Assembly: GCF_009914755.1 (NCBI RefSeq) | Contig: NC_060932.1 | Reading direction: 5' to 3' (one strand) | Source: the human T2T-CHM13v2.0 reference genome, Homo sapiens | DNA: 64,000 nucleotides | Shown: one piece after another, positions 26,408 through 42,556 of the stretch | Position numbering within the stretch: the stretch's first letter is position 1 | How the letters are laid out: every line of letters begins with the position of its first letter | The notes under the pieces: model-generated | Databases searched by the model: none | The model's input: the letters and a program-made list of their open reading frames with translations, nothing else | What the model was told of the DNA's origin: nothing | Position numbers and translations under genes: made by a program

Positions 26408-27800
26408 TCATTCAAGCAATATTTTTGGCAGGCCCATTTATATTAATAGGAATGCAGCAATGAAGAAAAAAACAATCAAACATCACTGCCACCGTGAAAT
26501 TTGCATCCTCATGGGAGAAATATACAATAAATAAATTAATGATAAATATATATATTATGTTACAATGCATTACATAGAAAATAAGGCATAACAGGAGGAT
26601 ATGAGGTGCAGGGGAGGGAGTATTCATATTTTAAATAAGGTTTTCAGTTTAGACCTCATTGAAATAGTGGGTTTAGACAAGACTTGGAGAAGATGCAGGG
26701 CAAGCCACTGGATATCTTGAGAAGAACATTCTAAACAGAGGAAACAGGAAGTACAAAAGAATGCCTAAGAGAATCCGTGGACAGTTAATTGGCAAATGTG
26801 ACTGGAAAAGTGTGAGCAATGTGAAGGGTAGCAAGAAATGTGGGCTTAGATAAAATTAGGCCTCAGAGATTTAAGAGCACTAAGGCTTTGACTATGAGTG
26901 AGACAGAAAGCCTTTGGAAGTTTTCTGCTAAGAAGAGACATAATCAGACGTATTTTTAAGAGTGAAAATGAAGAAAAAACATATGTATTGAAAATAAACT
27001 ATGGGGGGAAATGATAGAACAGAGAGACTATAGATGGAATAACCATGATCTATTACAGTAATCCAAGCATAAGAAAAAAGAGATATGGTTTGGGACAGTA
27101 GTAGTGGAGGTGGCAAAAAGAGGCAAAAATATGTATATATTACAAATATAGAATCAAAAGTATTAGATGACTGATTGGAGATAGGGTGTGAAGGAGAAGG
27201 AGCAAAGATGATTGCAGGTTTGACCTGCATGACTAGAAAGGTGGAGTTTCTATTCAGAGAGTTGAGATAGAATGAGCAGTAACAGGCTTAAAGGAGAAAA
27301 TCATAAGCCCAGTTTTGATCATTTTAATTTTAAGGTGATTAGATACTCATATAGCGATATCAAACAAGCAATTACCTACAACTTGAGAACATAGAAGATG
27401 ATCACACTCTAGATATATATTTGGGAGTTCTCAGCTCTATCACATTTAAAGCGAAGAGGCAAGGTGAGACCATCAACTGAGCATGTACAGAAGAGAATAA
27501 ATCAAAGGACTCAGACTCTGGAACATTCCAGTAGAGGAGGAAGAATCAACGAAAAGGCCCGAGAAGGAAACAAGGGGAAAACCAGGAAACTATGCCTTCC
27601 TGGAAGCCAATGGAGGTATTTTTGGGTGAGGAACAGGATCAATTTTGTCAAACAGTACAGCTGGCTAGCGTAAGAAATATATGTTGCTCATTAGATTTAA
27701 CAACATGAAGGTGACCTTGACAGAGAAATTTCGATGGAAGGTTAGGGGAGATACAGGGAATGAAAATTAGAAATGGAAAGAGGGGAATTGTAGACCGGAA
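26408..27800 (-). mobile_element. L2 (L2a-like) relic
   Basis: TCATTCAAGCAATATTT start, then purine-rich reverse L2 (GAACATTCTAAACAGAGGAAACAG, ACAGTAATCCAAGCATAAGA, TTAGATTTAACAACATGAAGGTGACCTTGACAGAG). Confidence 0.75.
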
Positions 27801-30800
27801 ATATTAAAAATATATTTTAAGATATTTATTGATGAATGAAAACAAATAAATAGAATAAGTCGATAAAGGGTGCACGTGTGTATATATGTGTGTTTATTAA
27901 TGACCAAAATCAACCATGTTGAACTCTCAGAAAGCTGTGTTGAAGTATGCCATTACTTTATATAGAGAATACAATTCAGAGAGCAAAGTGAAGAAAATGG
28001 GGTTTAAGCAGGGAAGGGAAGAAATTTGGGATGGGTTTTATTATGTCTTGATATTAAATGTAACCGATAGCTGGATCTCATAGTATTGCCATTTCAGAAG
28101 CCAGAAGAAGGACTACTTCTTAAGACTTTCTGTTCAGGGTATCCAGGGAAATTTTATCAAGGGAAATGGGAAAGTTCGTCTTTCCCATTAGTCAAATTTT
28201 CCCTGTAGTATTAATTCTTCTGCATTTTTGGATTCCACGTTCTTAGCACCCAGAGTATCCTATGGTGCCCCGTGCTTTAACATAAATATGGACAACCTGC
28301 GTGAGAGTAAAACAGTGCATAGATGTAATGCAGAAGGTAAGTTAATTGGAATCCATATCATGTTTGTAAACCCAGTGGCAGCTGAGATGGGAACAAGTAG
28401 TCAAAATCCTGAGACTGGCGAGGCCAAGTATCTGGAGTGACACAGAACATACTATTAGTATTCATTAATATTATAATTAACATTATGATACAATTTGTGT
28501 TCTGAGAGCAATGAATCAGTGAAGGAAAATATTCAAAGATCTGAGAAAAAGATAATTATTGGAAGAATGTGTAGGCAGAAGTGAAGCATTTGAGTAAAAG
28601 AAATGAGTTCTAGTGCTCTTAGATTGAAACATGGACAACTTATGCGGAATACATAGGCCTAAATGCAGGTATATAAATAGATGTCATTTGGGAGTTTGTG
28701 GATTTTCCCTTCTATTCTTCATATTTTCATTAGGAACAACATGAAGAGCTAAAGGCCAGGATGGGCAAGAAGATATTAAAAATTTGAGCACAAACAAGTG
28801 GGGTAGAAAACTGGACTTGATAAATGTATTAGTTTTTTTGGGGCAGTACTATAGCATTGATTTAAAAGAAGTATATAATTTTAAATTAATACCAGTCAAC
28901 ATGATTTTATGTTTTTATGCACATAAAATGTATGTAGCATTTAGCTACATAGATGCAGGCATAGAGTGGATGGTTACATTTAACCAATTGTTATTTTCTA
29001 CTTTGGAAATGATATAATTGTTTTAAAATTCTCTGCCTTTTTCCCATGAATTTTAGGGTTTTTATACAAATATCCCAGCCTAAATTACTGTCAATATCTC
29101 ACATATCTACTATCATTACATAATGTGCTCTGTATCTTCATTTTTTTGTTTCCTTATTGTGTCCTTCTCACCCTTGTGCCTTCTACCGTGTCACTATCAG
29201 ATTTGTAATACTTTTCCAGTTTCTACTTGAATAAGATCTATAACTCTTTTACTTGAGGTTTATCTCATATGTATATACATGTATGACCTTCATTATAGAT
29301 AAATTAAACATATCTTAGTGAAATAGGTAAGACACTTTTAACCATTAAATTATGATGAGAAATATCTCTGTATTTTCCATAGCTCATCTCCTAAAATAAG
29401 ATGAAACATTGCCAAGAATCATATTTGTCATTTTCATTAATATCTTCATCTTTAAATGCTCTAGTGTCCTTAGAATATTGTAATATACCAGAAAATAAAT
29501 GTATATTTGTTTGTATCTGATGAAGCTATAAAACACTTTTCCAGGAATTATGCAAAACTAAATGCAAACTTAATTCTGCCACTCATTTAATATTCAAACA
29601 TGTTAGTTCTTGTGGGTAAAGAGAAATACACAGGCTGATAAAATCTACCTGTGGATGTATCATAATCTGTGAATATTTGACCAGATTGTCATGGGATACA
29701 TTATTAGTGAAATGTCCAAAATTCCCTAGAGATTGCTGCCCCCAATAGGTTCATTGTACCCTCTTAACTCAGTAGTAGTGGCTCTAATACCTATTCCTCA
29801 CCTAATACTACATGAAGTACATAAAACATTTCCAACACCAAGAGGTGAAATGGAAAACTAAAGCCTTAATCTACGATGTTTAGATAAAAACTGTGTACCT
29901 TCACCTAAATTATCTAGATAATTAGGTCAAATAATGTCTTTTTTCTAAACCTAAGGCAGGGTTTTGTTTTTTATTTAGATTATAAAATGACATTAGGTTG
30001 CAATCTCAGTTTACATACTTGAATGCAGCATTGGTTTCTTTTTAGTTTTCAATTGAATTCTTAACTAATACACTGCTCGATTGAATTTTCATCCCCCTGG
30101 TTAAGATTAATCATGCCAGCTTTTGTTGTCCTACACGCCTACTCTGATTACTTATTACCAAAATTCTTTCCTAATGATTAAAATAATTTGTGTTTGTATT
30201 CGACAGCAATAGATATGAACATTTTACTTGCTTCAATAGAAATCCTATTAAAAGGGTATAAATGAGTTCCAGGGACACTAAATCTGCATGAGCTCATTGA
30301 TTACCTACATCATATATTTTTAGCATAGTCTTTTCTAACACTTTAGCTGCATCCTTAACAAACAAAAAACAAAAGAAGGAAATGTATAAAGCTACAATTC
30401 AACACGTCATCTTTGAAGAATTTTCCTGTGTCAGAAATCATAAGAAAATTATCTTTTCCTATTGTCTTTCCAAGGAATGGTAACTCAGACCCCATAAATC
30501 CTGAGACAATGTGACAGAACTAAAGAGGCAAGAATTTCCCCCAGAATTTTCACTCATCAACTTGAGGCAGTTTTCTCTGCAGTAGTTTAAATTTATATTC
30601 AACTTAGAAATACTTTTGGTTTTCAATATTTTTTCATACTTTTTCCTCCCAATTTTTATAGCTTTAAGGCCTCGATGATTTTATGGTTAATAGTTCATAT
30701 TATTGAAGAAGAAAGTAGTTTTTCTCTAGGATTCCTTTTACATTTGATAGTATTCATTAATATTCCCTTGTTTAAAGACTATTATAGCTAAATTATACTT

Positions 30801-31291
30801 AAAGTTATATAATAGAGTTTTAAATTTTTAAAAAAGTTTCCCTATGAAAATTCAAATTTTGTGTTTCATAGTTAACATTGTTACATTTCACATGTCTATT
30901 ATATGGAGCATTTTTAAAAGTACTATAAGCAACAAAATAAATTAATGAAATGCAAATTTATATTAGTTATAATAAACTTTTAAATAGTATAAATTGTTTA
31001 GCTACATAGCTAATTTTCTGTCAGATGTTATATTTATACTGTGATATTTAAAATTGCATTTACATACATTCACACATATTACAATATTCATATATTGCAA
31101 AAAAGATGATTCACATTTCTTGATTTGATGTAAGCATAAAATTAAAACCACTTTATTAAAAATAAAGCACATTAAGACATGCATAATATTTTAAATTACT
31201 GTTTATTTTTAATAATATCTATTCTCATCAATTTAAATTGTTTAAGATTCACCAAAAAGGTATAATGATTTCTAATATTAAGATAAGTAAA

Positions 31292-34200
31292 AGGAGAGTA
31301 AAATGGTAAGACAGTTAGACCCAAAACATTTTGTCTCCCTCAGAAATACCAAATTCAGCAACAACACATAATCACTTTCCTTTATGGGAAATCAAAAAAA
31401 AAACTCCTATGCTCCCAGGAAAGCAAAAAATCAGCTGTATTAGTAGAAAAAATTGTGGCACTTTCTTTCATAGCCCCTCTCACTGGCACAGTGCTACATT
31501 AGTAGTACTCTCCCATCTCCCAAGTTTCCCCTGGGGAAGCAACAAGGAGACTGAATACTATATCCAACTTTCTGACTTTTTGGGTGGCGGAGGCCTACCT
31601 GACAAACTGGCCTCTAGCTTCTGTATCTGCTGTCTAGGATGCTGACAGGACGTGGCATACTCTAGATGCCTAGGAGCTGCTGAGAGCAAAAGAGTGTTAT
31701 GGCATGCTGCTGTTCCAGCAGACAGAGGTCAATGCAGGTTGGCAGCTTCTCCATCAGAGAAAAAAAAAGAGTTGAGCATTAATTCTACTTTCTAGGGCTT
31801 TGCCCAACAGAATAGTTTTGTCTTGCCTGTTTCAAAGCACTGATGACACCCAGGAACTGCTTTTGTGTAGGAGCCACTCACAACAAAAAAAGAGCTTGGA
31901 AGAGTGCTGTTGCTTAAAGGAACCAGGTATAGCATAGAGGCACCACAAAGAGTTAAGAGTTTATCAGCTCCTGAAAAGACAAAACTGGAAAGCCTTCTAA
32001 TATAGAATTAACACACATAACTTCAGAGAGGATATATACACAGAAAAAGGTTGGAAAGCCTCCCAGATTCTCTAGTTGAGCTGATTGGTGAAGGGGTTTC
32101 TTTGTATGAAGCCAATCCATAAAGAATGGGAGAGAAAGCTGGCTTTTTTTTTCAAATATATAAATACCAACACAGAAGGTGTAAGTAGCATTAAAAAAAC
32201 CAGGAAACTGACCAAAAATAACAAAACATCTCCAGAAAATAACCTTAAATAAATAAAGGTATATGAGTTACCCAACAAAGAATTCAAAATAACCATTGAA
32301 AAGATGCTTAGTGAGCTCAGGAAACTAATGCCTGAGCAAAAATAGAATTTCAACAAAGAGACAAGAAATATAGAAAAAAGACACAAACATACATTTTGAA
32401 ACTGGGAAATGCAATACCAGAATTAAGAAATTTACTAGAAGAGTTCAACAGCGGACTAAATCTAGCAGAAGAGAGAATCAGTAAACTCAATGGGAAGTCA
32501 TTTGAAATTATTCAGTCATAGGACTGAAAAAAAAAGAATGAGAAAGAGTGAAGAAAGTCTAAGAGACTTACTATATACCATTAAGTAGAAAATATATCCA
32601 TTATGGAAGTTTCAGAAGGAGAAGAGAGAGAAAGTAAGGAAGAGAAAGCTTATTTTAAAAAATGATGGCCCAAGCAGTTCAAAATTAGGACAGAAAATGG
32701 GCATCCAAGATGACCATTTAATCACAACTAGGATAAATCAAACAAGTCTACAGTGAGACATATTATATAATCAAATTGCCAAAAGTCAAAGTGAATTTTG
32801 AATGCAGCAAGACAATGATAACTTGTTATATACAAAAGAACCTTTATCAAACTCTCAGTAGAAATATTAGCAGAAATCTCGCAATACAGAAGGTAATGCT
32901 ATAATGTATTCAAAGTACTGAAGGAAAAAAAATTGCCAATCAAGACAACTACATTTGGCAAAATCGTCCTTCAAAAGTGAAGGAGAGATACATACTTTAC
33001 TAGATAAACAAAATTTAAGGGAATCATCATCACTAGACTTCCTTATAAAAACTGTTAAAGGAAGTCTTTCAAGTTGACAGGAAAAGATACCAGAGAATCA
33101 CAAAACCATAATGAAGTACAAAGCTAGTTGATAAAGGTAAAGATATACACAAGTACAGAATATTAAAATACTGTAACTCTGGCACATCGATCATTTTTAA
33201 TTCTGGTAGAAGTGAAAAGGCAGAGTATTGAAAACAACTATGAGTATAAATATATTAATGAATACACTATAAAATATGTAATTTGTGAAATCAATAATAT
33301 ACAATGTAAATGGAGATGAGTAACAGTGTAGAGATTTTGTAGGTGATTGAAATTAAGCTTAAACTGTCATAACTATAAGATGTGTTATGTAAGCCCCATG
33401 TTAATCACAACTATAGTAACTATGTAAGACATAACAGGATAAATTTAAAAGAAACTAAGGCCTATAACTTCAAAACAAATCAATAAAACACAAAAGAAGA
33501 AAGAAAGGGAAAAAAGAGAGGCAAAAGAAGAACAAGAAAGGCAGAAAAAGCAACAAAATGACGATGTAAGTTCTTTCTCATAAGTACTTTAAATATAAAC
33601 GGGTTAGATTTCCCAATCAAAAGACATACAGTAAATAAATGGATAAAATGAACAAAAACAATATCTGACAATATACTGCCTATAAGAAACTTGCTCTAGG
33701 TTAAAGGACACACATAGGCTGAAAGTAAAATAATGGAAAATGATTATTGTATGTAAGTTGCAATAAAAAAAATAGGCATGGCCACACTTACAGCAGACAA
33801 AATGAACTTTAAATCAAAAACTGTCACAAGAGACAAAGAAGGATGTCATATAATAAAAAGGTCAATTTACCAGAGAGATATAATAATTTGAGTACACATT
33901 CACCCAAACATATGAGGAAAACATAGACAAAATGAAGGGGAGAAATAGACAGCAACCCCATAATAACAGTAGGAGGTTAATACTCAACTTTCAATAATGA
34001 ATAGAAAATCCAGACATATAATCATGAAACAGAATTGAACACCCTTATAGAACAAATGTACCTAACAGACATATACACTTTATAGTAATAAATACTTACA
34101 TTTAGGGAAAAGAAAAATCTTGAATAAAAAATGCAACTGTGCACACCAAAGACATAGCAAAAGAAGAGAAACTAAACCTAAAGTTAACAGATCAAAGGAA

Positions 34201-36759
34201 AAAACAAAATTCAGACCAGAAATAAGTGAAGAAGTATAAACAAACAAAGAAAAAATCAATGAAATTAAGAGTTGCTCCTTGAAAAGTGCAACTAAATCAA
34301 TAATTTTTTAGCTAGATTAAGAAAAAAAGAAACAGGATTCAAATAAACAAAATCAAAAATGAAAGGGGAGACGTTACAACTGATATGACAGAAACAAAAA
34401 AATTAAAAGATAACACTATGAACAATTATATGAAAAAATTAATTATGCTATAAGAAATAGATAAATTCCTAGAAATTTTCATTTAATCACAACTGAATCA
34501 TGAGGAAATATAAATCTGATCAGATAAATTGTTGTCATGAGATTAAACAAGTCATAAAATATCTACCAACAAAAATAAGATAGGACCAGATAGATCCACT
34601 GGTGATTTCTACCAACTATATCAAGAAAGAAGAATTAATGCCAATCCTTTACAAACTCTTCCAAAAAAATTGAAGAATACTTTCAAACTCATTTTATGAG
34701 GCTAGTATTACCTTAATAAAAAACCAAAGACATAAAACTACAGGTTAAAATATCTGGTGATTATAAAAGCAAAAATTCTTAACAAAATATTAGCACATCA
34801 AATTTAACAACACATTAAAAATATCATTCATCATGACTACATGGGATTTGTTCCCAAAATGCAAAGATGAATTATAATATGTAATCAATGTGATAAACGA
34901 TATTAACAGAATAAAGGATAAAAACTATTTGATCACCTCAAAAGATGCAGAAAAAGCATTTGACAAAATTTAATATCCTTTCATGATAAAAAACCATCAA
35001 CAAACTAGGTATAGAACAAAATTACTTCACTATAATAAAGGATATAGCTGAGAAGCCCACAGCTAATATCATACTCAATGGTGAAAAACTGAAAGTTTTT
35101 CTCTAAGGTTAGAAACAATGTAAGGATGCCTACTTGCCATTTCTATTCAACACAGTACTAAAAGTCATAGGCAGAACAATTAGGTAAGAAAAAAAAGGCA
35201 TTCACCTCAGAAAGGAAGAAGTGAAATTGTATCTGTTAACAGATGATATGATTTTATATGTTAAAAAATCTAAATATTCTACCAAAAATCTCTTAGAACT
35301 AATAAGCAAATTCAGTACAGTTGGTGGGCACAAATTAACATAGAAAATTCAGTTGTGTTTCTATATACTAACCATACACCCCAAGAAAAAAAATAAGAAA
35401 ACAACCCCATTTATAATACCATCAAAAAGAATAAGATACATTAGAAGACACTTAACCAAGGAGATGAAATACTTGTACACTGAGAACTACAAAATATTGA
35501 AGACATTAAGGAAGACATAAATAAATTGAAAAATATTTTATTCTAATAAATTTAAAGAATTAATATTGTTAAAATATCCATACCTCCCTATGTGATCTAC
35601 AGTTTCAGTGCCATCACTATCAAAATTCCAATGTCATTTCTTACAGAAGTAGAAACAGAAATTCTAAAATTTATAAAGGACCACGAATTACCCTGAATAT
35701 TTAAAACACTCTTGAGAAGGAAAGCAAAGCTGGAGATCTCATAACTTCTAATTTCAAAACACATTACAATCCTACAGTGAGCAAAACAGTATGGTACTGG
35801 CATAAAGACATACATAAAGATCAATGGAACAGAATAGAGAGCCCAGAAATAAGCTTACACAATGGAAAAATAATAGTCTCTTTAATAAATGTTGTTGGGA
35901 AAACTAGATATTCACATGCAGAGAAATTAAATTAGACCTTTAGGTCATACACAAAAAAATCAACTCAAAAAGGATTAAAGACCTAAACATAAGACATGAA
36001 AGTGTAAAACTCCTAGAAAAAAAAAACATAGGATGCAACACTTCATGACATTGATCTTGGCAATGATTTGTTGGCTATGAGACCAAAAGCAGAGACAACA
36101 CAAGAAAAAACAGACAAGTGAGACCATATCAAACTAAAAAGCTTCTGCCCAACAAATAAAAGAGTAAAGAGACAACCTATGTAATGGGAGAAAATATTTG
36201 CAAACCAAATATCTGATAAGGGGTTACTATTCAAAATGTATAAGGAACTCCTACAACTCATAGAAAAATATTTAATCACTTAATTTAAAAATGGGCAAAG
36301 AAGCTGAATTGCTGTCTCTTCAAAAAAGACATACAAATGACCAAATGTTTGTGAAAAGATACTCATGATCACTAATCCTCAGGGAAATGAAAATCAATAC
36401 CAAAACTAAATTAAATATTACCCCACACCTGCCAATTGATGACCATTATTAAAAACAAAACAAAACAGAGAACAATGTGCAAATGTTGGCAAGAATGCAT
36501 AGAAATTAAAACCCTAGGGTATACTTTTGGTGCAGCTTCTGAAATGGTACAGCCACTATATAAAACAGTAGGAGGTTACTCAAAAATTAAAAATAGAATT
36601 ATATGATCCAAAAATTCTACTTTTGGGTATTTATTTAAAAACTTGAAATTAGGATCTAAAAGAGATATTTGCATTCTCATATTCATTGAGGCATTATTCA
36701 CAGTAGCCTACAGGTGGAGCAACCTAAATGTCCCTTGACAGAAAAGATAAAGCAATACA
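31292..36759 (+). mobile_element. Decayed long L1M (L1MA9/L1MB-like), from the 5'UTR to near the end of ORF2; 3'UTR missing
   Basis: ORF1 remnants ~32200-33070; ORF2 EN ~33560 onward; RT motifs GATGCAGAAAAAGCATTTGACAAAATT (34944) and ACAGATGATATGATTTTATAT; stops abruptly near 36759. Confidence 0.88.
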
Positions 36760-37525
36760 ATGCTAAGAAGTCTACCATTAGTCAGATGGGATTCCATTTG
36801 TAGGTGATTTGACCCTTTTCTCTAGCTGCCTTTCAGATTTTTTTCTTTAGTGTTGATCTTGAATAGTCTGATGACTATATGTCTTGGTGATGTTTGTCTT
36901 GTGTAAGATCTAGCAAGTATTCTTTAAATTTATTGATTGTGTCTACCTCTCTAACAATATTAGAAACATTTTCCTGAATCCTTCCCTTAAATGTTTTCCA
37001 AATTGCTTACATTTTGTTCTTCTCTCTCAGAAATGCCTATAAATAATATATTTGGTTGCTTTACATAATCTATTATCTCTCAAAGGCTTTATTAATTTTT
37101 TAGAATTCTTTTTTCTTCACTATGATGTTATTTAATTTGCAAGACTGCCCTTCAAGCTCTGAAATTCTTCCCTTAGCTTGGTCTAGTTTATTGCTGAAGG
37201 TTTTAACAGTGTTTTGAAATTCTTTAGTATGCTGTTCAATTTCAGAGTTCTATGTTTTCCGCTTTTTTTGTTTTTAAATATAGTTTTCTCATCTTTTATA
37301 TTCTGAATCATATTTCAGGTCTCTGTGTTGTTTTTCAGCTTTCTGTTTGAACTTCCTTTCAATCTATATTTAGAATTCTTTATTTGTCATTTAAGAATTT
37401 TTATTTCAGTTAGGACTCATTGCTAGAGAGCTGGTGTAATACTTTGGAAGTGTCAAAACACTCTTTTTGTACTACTGGAGTTACTGTGCTGATTCATTCT
37501 CATCTAAAGAATTTACCGCTTCTTA
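36760..37525 (-). mobile_element. L1P (L1PA16/L1PB-like) ORF1 region, antisense; continues at 41808
   Basis: Reverse reads GGGTCAAATCACCTACAAATGGAATCCCATCTGACTAATGGTAGACTTCTTAGCA (ORF1 C-terminal half) and coiled-coil region. Confidence 0.8.
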
Positions 37526-37835
37526 TTTTTTATTTATTTATTTTTTCATTATACTTTAAGTTCTAGGATACATGTGCACAACGTGCAGGTTTGTTACATA
37601 TGTATACATGTGCCATGTTGGCATGCTGCACCCACTAACTGGTCATTATATTAGTTATATCTCAATGATATCCCTTACCCCTACCCCCACCCCACGACAG
37701 ACCCCAGTGTGTGATGTTCCACTTCCTGCGTCCAAGTGTTCTCATTGTTCAATTCCCACCTATGAGTAAGAACATGTGGTGTTTGGTTTTTTGTCTTTGC
37801 GATAGTTTGCTGAGAATGATGATTTCCAGCTTCAT

Positions 37836-40948
<3,113 letters not shown>

Positions 40949-40950
40949 TC

Positions 40951-41497
40951 TCTACATCTGATTGGTATACCTGAAAGTGACAGGAAAAATGGAACCAAGG
41001 TGGAAAACACTCTGCAGGATATTATCCAGGAGAACTTCCCCAACCTAGCAAGGCAGGCCAACATTCAAATTCAGGAAATATAGAGAATGCCACAAAGATA
41101 CTCCTCGAGAAGAGCAACTCCAAGACACATAATTGTCAGATTCACTAAAGTTGAAATGAAGGAAAAAATGTTAAGGGCAGCCAGAGAGAAAGGTCGGGTT
41201 ACCCACAAAGGGAAGCCCATCAGACTAACAGCTGATCTCTTGGCAGAAACTCTACAAGCCAGAAGAGAGTGGGGACCAATATTCAACATTCTTAAAGAAA
41301 AGAATTTTCAACCCAGAATTTCATATCCAGCCAAACTAATCTTCATAAGTGATGGAGAAATAAAATCCTTTATAGACAAGCAAATGCTGAGAGATTTTGT
41401 CACAACCAGTCCTGTCCTACAAGAGCTCCTGAAGGAAGCACTAAACATGGAAAGGAATAACCAGCACCAGCCACTGCAAAATCATGCCAAATTGTAA
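40951..41497 (+). pseudogene. L1 ORF1p C-terminal half (RRM+CTD), truncated, with an internal stop
   Basis: [23 protein letters not shown], then PQRYSSRRATPRHIIVRFTKVEMKEKMLRAAREKG..QNHAKL. Confidence 0.92.
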
Positions 41498-41560
41498 AGA
41501 CCATCGATGCTAGGAAGAAACTGCATCAACTAATGAGCAAAATAACCAGCTAACATCATA

Positions 41561-41807
41561 ATGACAGGATCAAATTCACACATAACAATTTTAACCTTAA
41601 ATGTAAATTGGCTAAATGCTCCAATTAAAAGACACAGACTGTCAAATTGGATAAAGAGTCAAGACCCATCAGTGTGCTGTATTCAGGAGACCCATCTGAC
41701 GTGCAGAGACACACATAGGCTCAAAATAAAGGGATGGAGGAAGATCTACCAAGCAAATGGAAAACAAAAAAAGGCAGGGGTTGCAATCCTAGTCTCTGAT
41801 AAAACAG
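41561..41807 (+). pseudogene. L1 ORF2p endonuclease N-terminus, truncated
   Basis: MTGSNSHITILTLNVN..CCIQETHL..KKAGVAILVSDKT, then runs into unrelated sequence. Confidence 0.92.
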
Positions 41808-42255
41808 GTTTTATTGTTTTTTCCTTAAGGATATGACTGTGATGTATGTTATGTATCATCATTTAGTTTTGTTTCTGGGTACTTTCAAGGGACCAACTCT
41901 CTGTATGGGTTCTTTGGTTTTGATACCTTTTGCGTGGTGACTTTCTCAAATGCTGCTTATTGTAACAATATATTTGACCTATGAGCCGACTCACTATCTC
42001 CTTTGGGGCTGAGAGTCCAGAGGTCTCTGGAAGCTTATTTATTTCACTGGCAACATGCTCCTCTGTCAGTTTTTTATTTGGTGGTGCAGTTCATTCTTTA
42101 TTCCAGTAGGTGTCACTTAAGAGTAAGAGCCAGCTTTCCCTTAGGTAACCCAGTAAGGAGTGGAGGCTTCCACCCTAACGGGGAGTGATGGGGAAAGAGA
42201 TGGCCTTGGGATGGGCTGAGGTCTTGAGGGAAGGGGCACCAGCTCCTCATCCTGC
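41808..42255 (-). mobile_element. Continuation of the host L1P (5'UTR side)
   Basis: GATATGACTGTGATGTATGTT..TTTCTGGGTACTTTCAAGGGACCAA..CTGTATGGGTTC resembles an old L1P 5' region; collinear with 36760-37525. Confidence 0.6.
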
Positions 42256-42403
42256 ATGCCTTATTTATTAAGAACCCAATTAGCATCTGAGAATTGTTGC
42301 CACGAGTCAGGTGACCAGATGCCTTAAGAATATCTGTTCTCTTACCTTGCTGCTTCTTCCATTTGGGCTTTACCTCTTCTTTCCCACTCCTCCATCCACG
42401 GTG

Positions 42404-42480
42404 GAAAAAAAGAAAAAGAAAGAAAGAAAGAAGGAAGGAAGGAAGGAAGGAAGGAAGGAAGGAAGGAAGGAAGGAAGGAA

Positions 42481-42517
<37 letters not shown>

Positions 42518-42556
42518 TGAAAGAAAGAAAGGAAAGAAAGAAAAAGAAAAGAAAAG
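42404..42556. repeat. Compound (GAAA)n-(GGAA)13-(GAAA)n polypurine microsatellite
   Basis: 13 consecutive GGAA units at 42433-42484 flanked by GAAA runs. Confidence 0.97.

Noticed and set aside
27910-28450. Possible old ERVL-type LTR between L2 fragments
   Set aside because: Composition is suggestive but I could not identify termini, TSD or family
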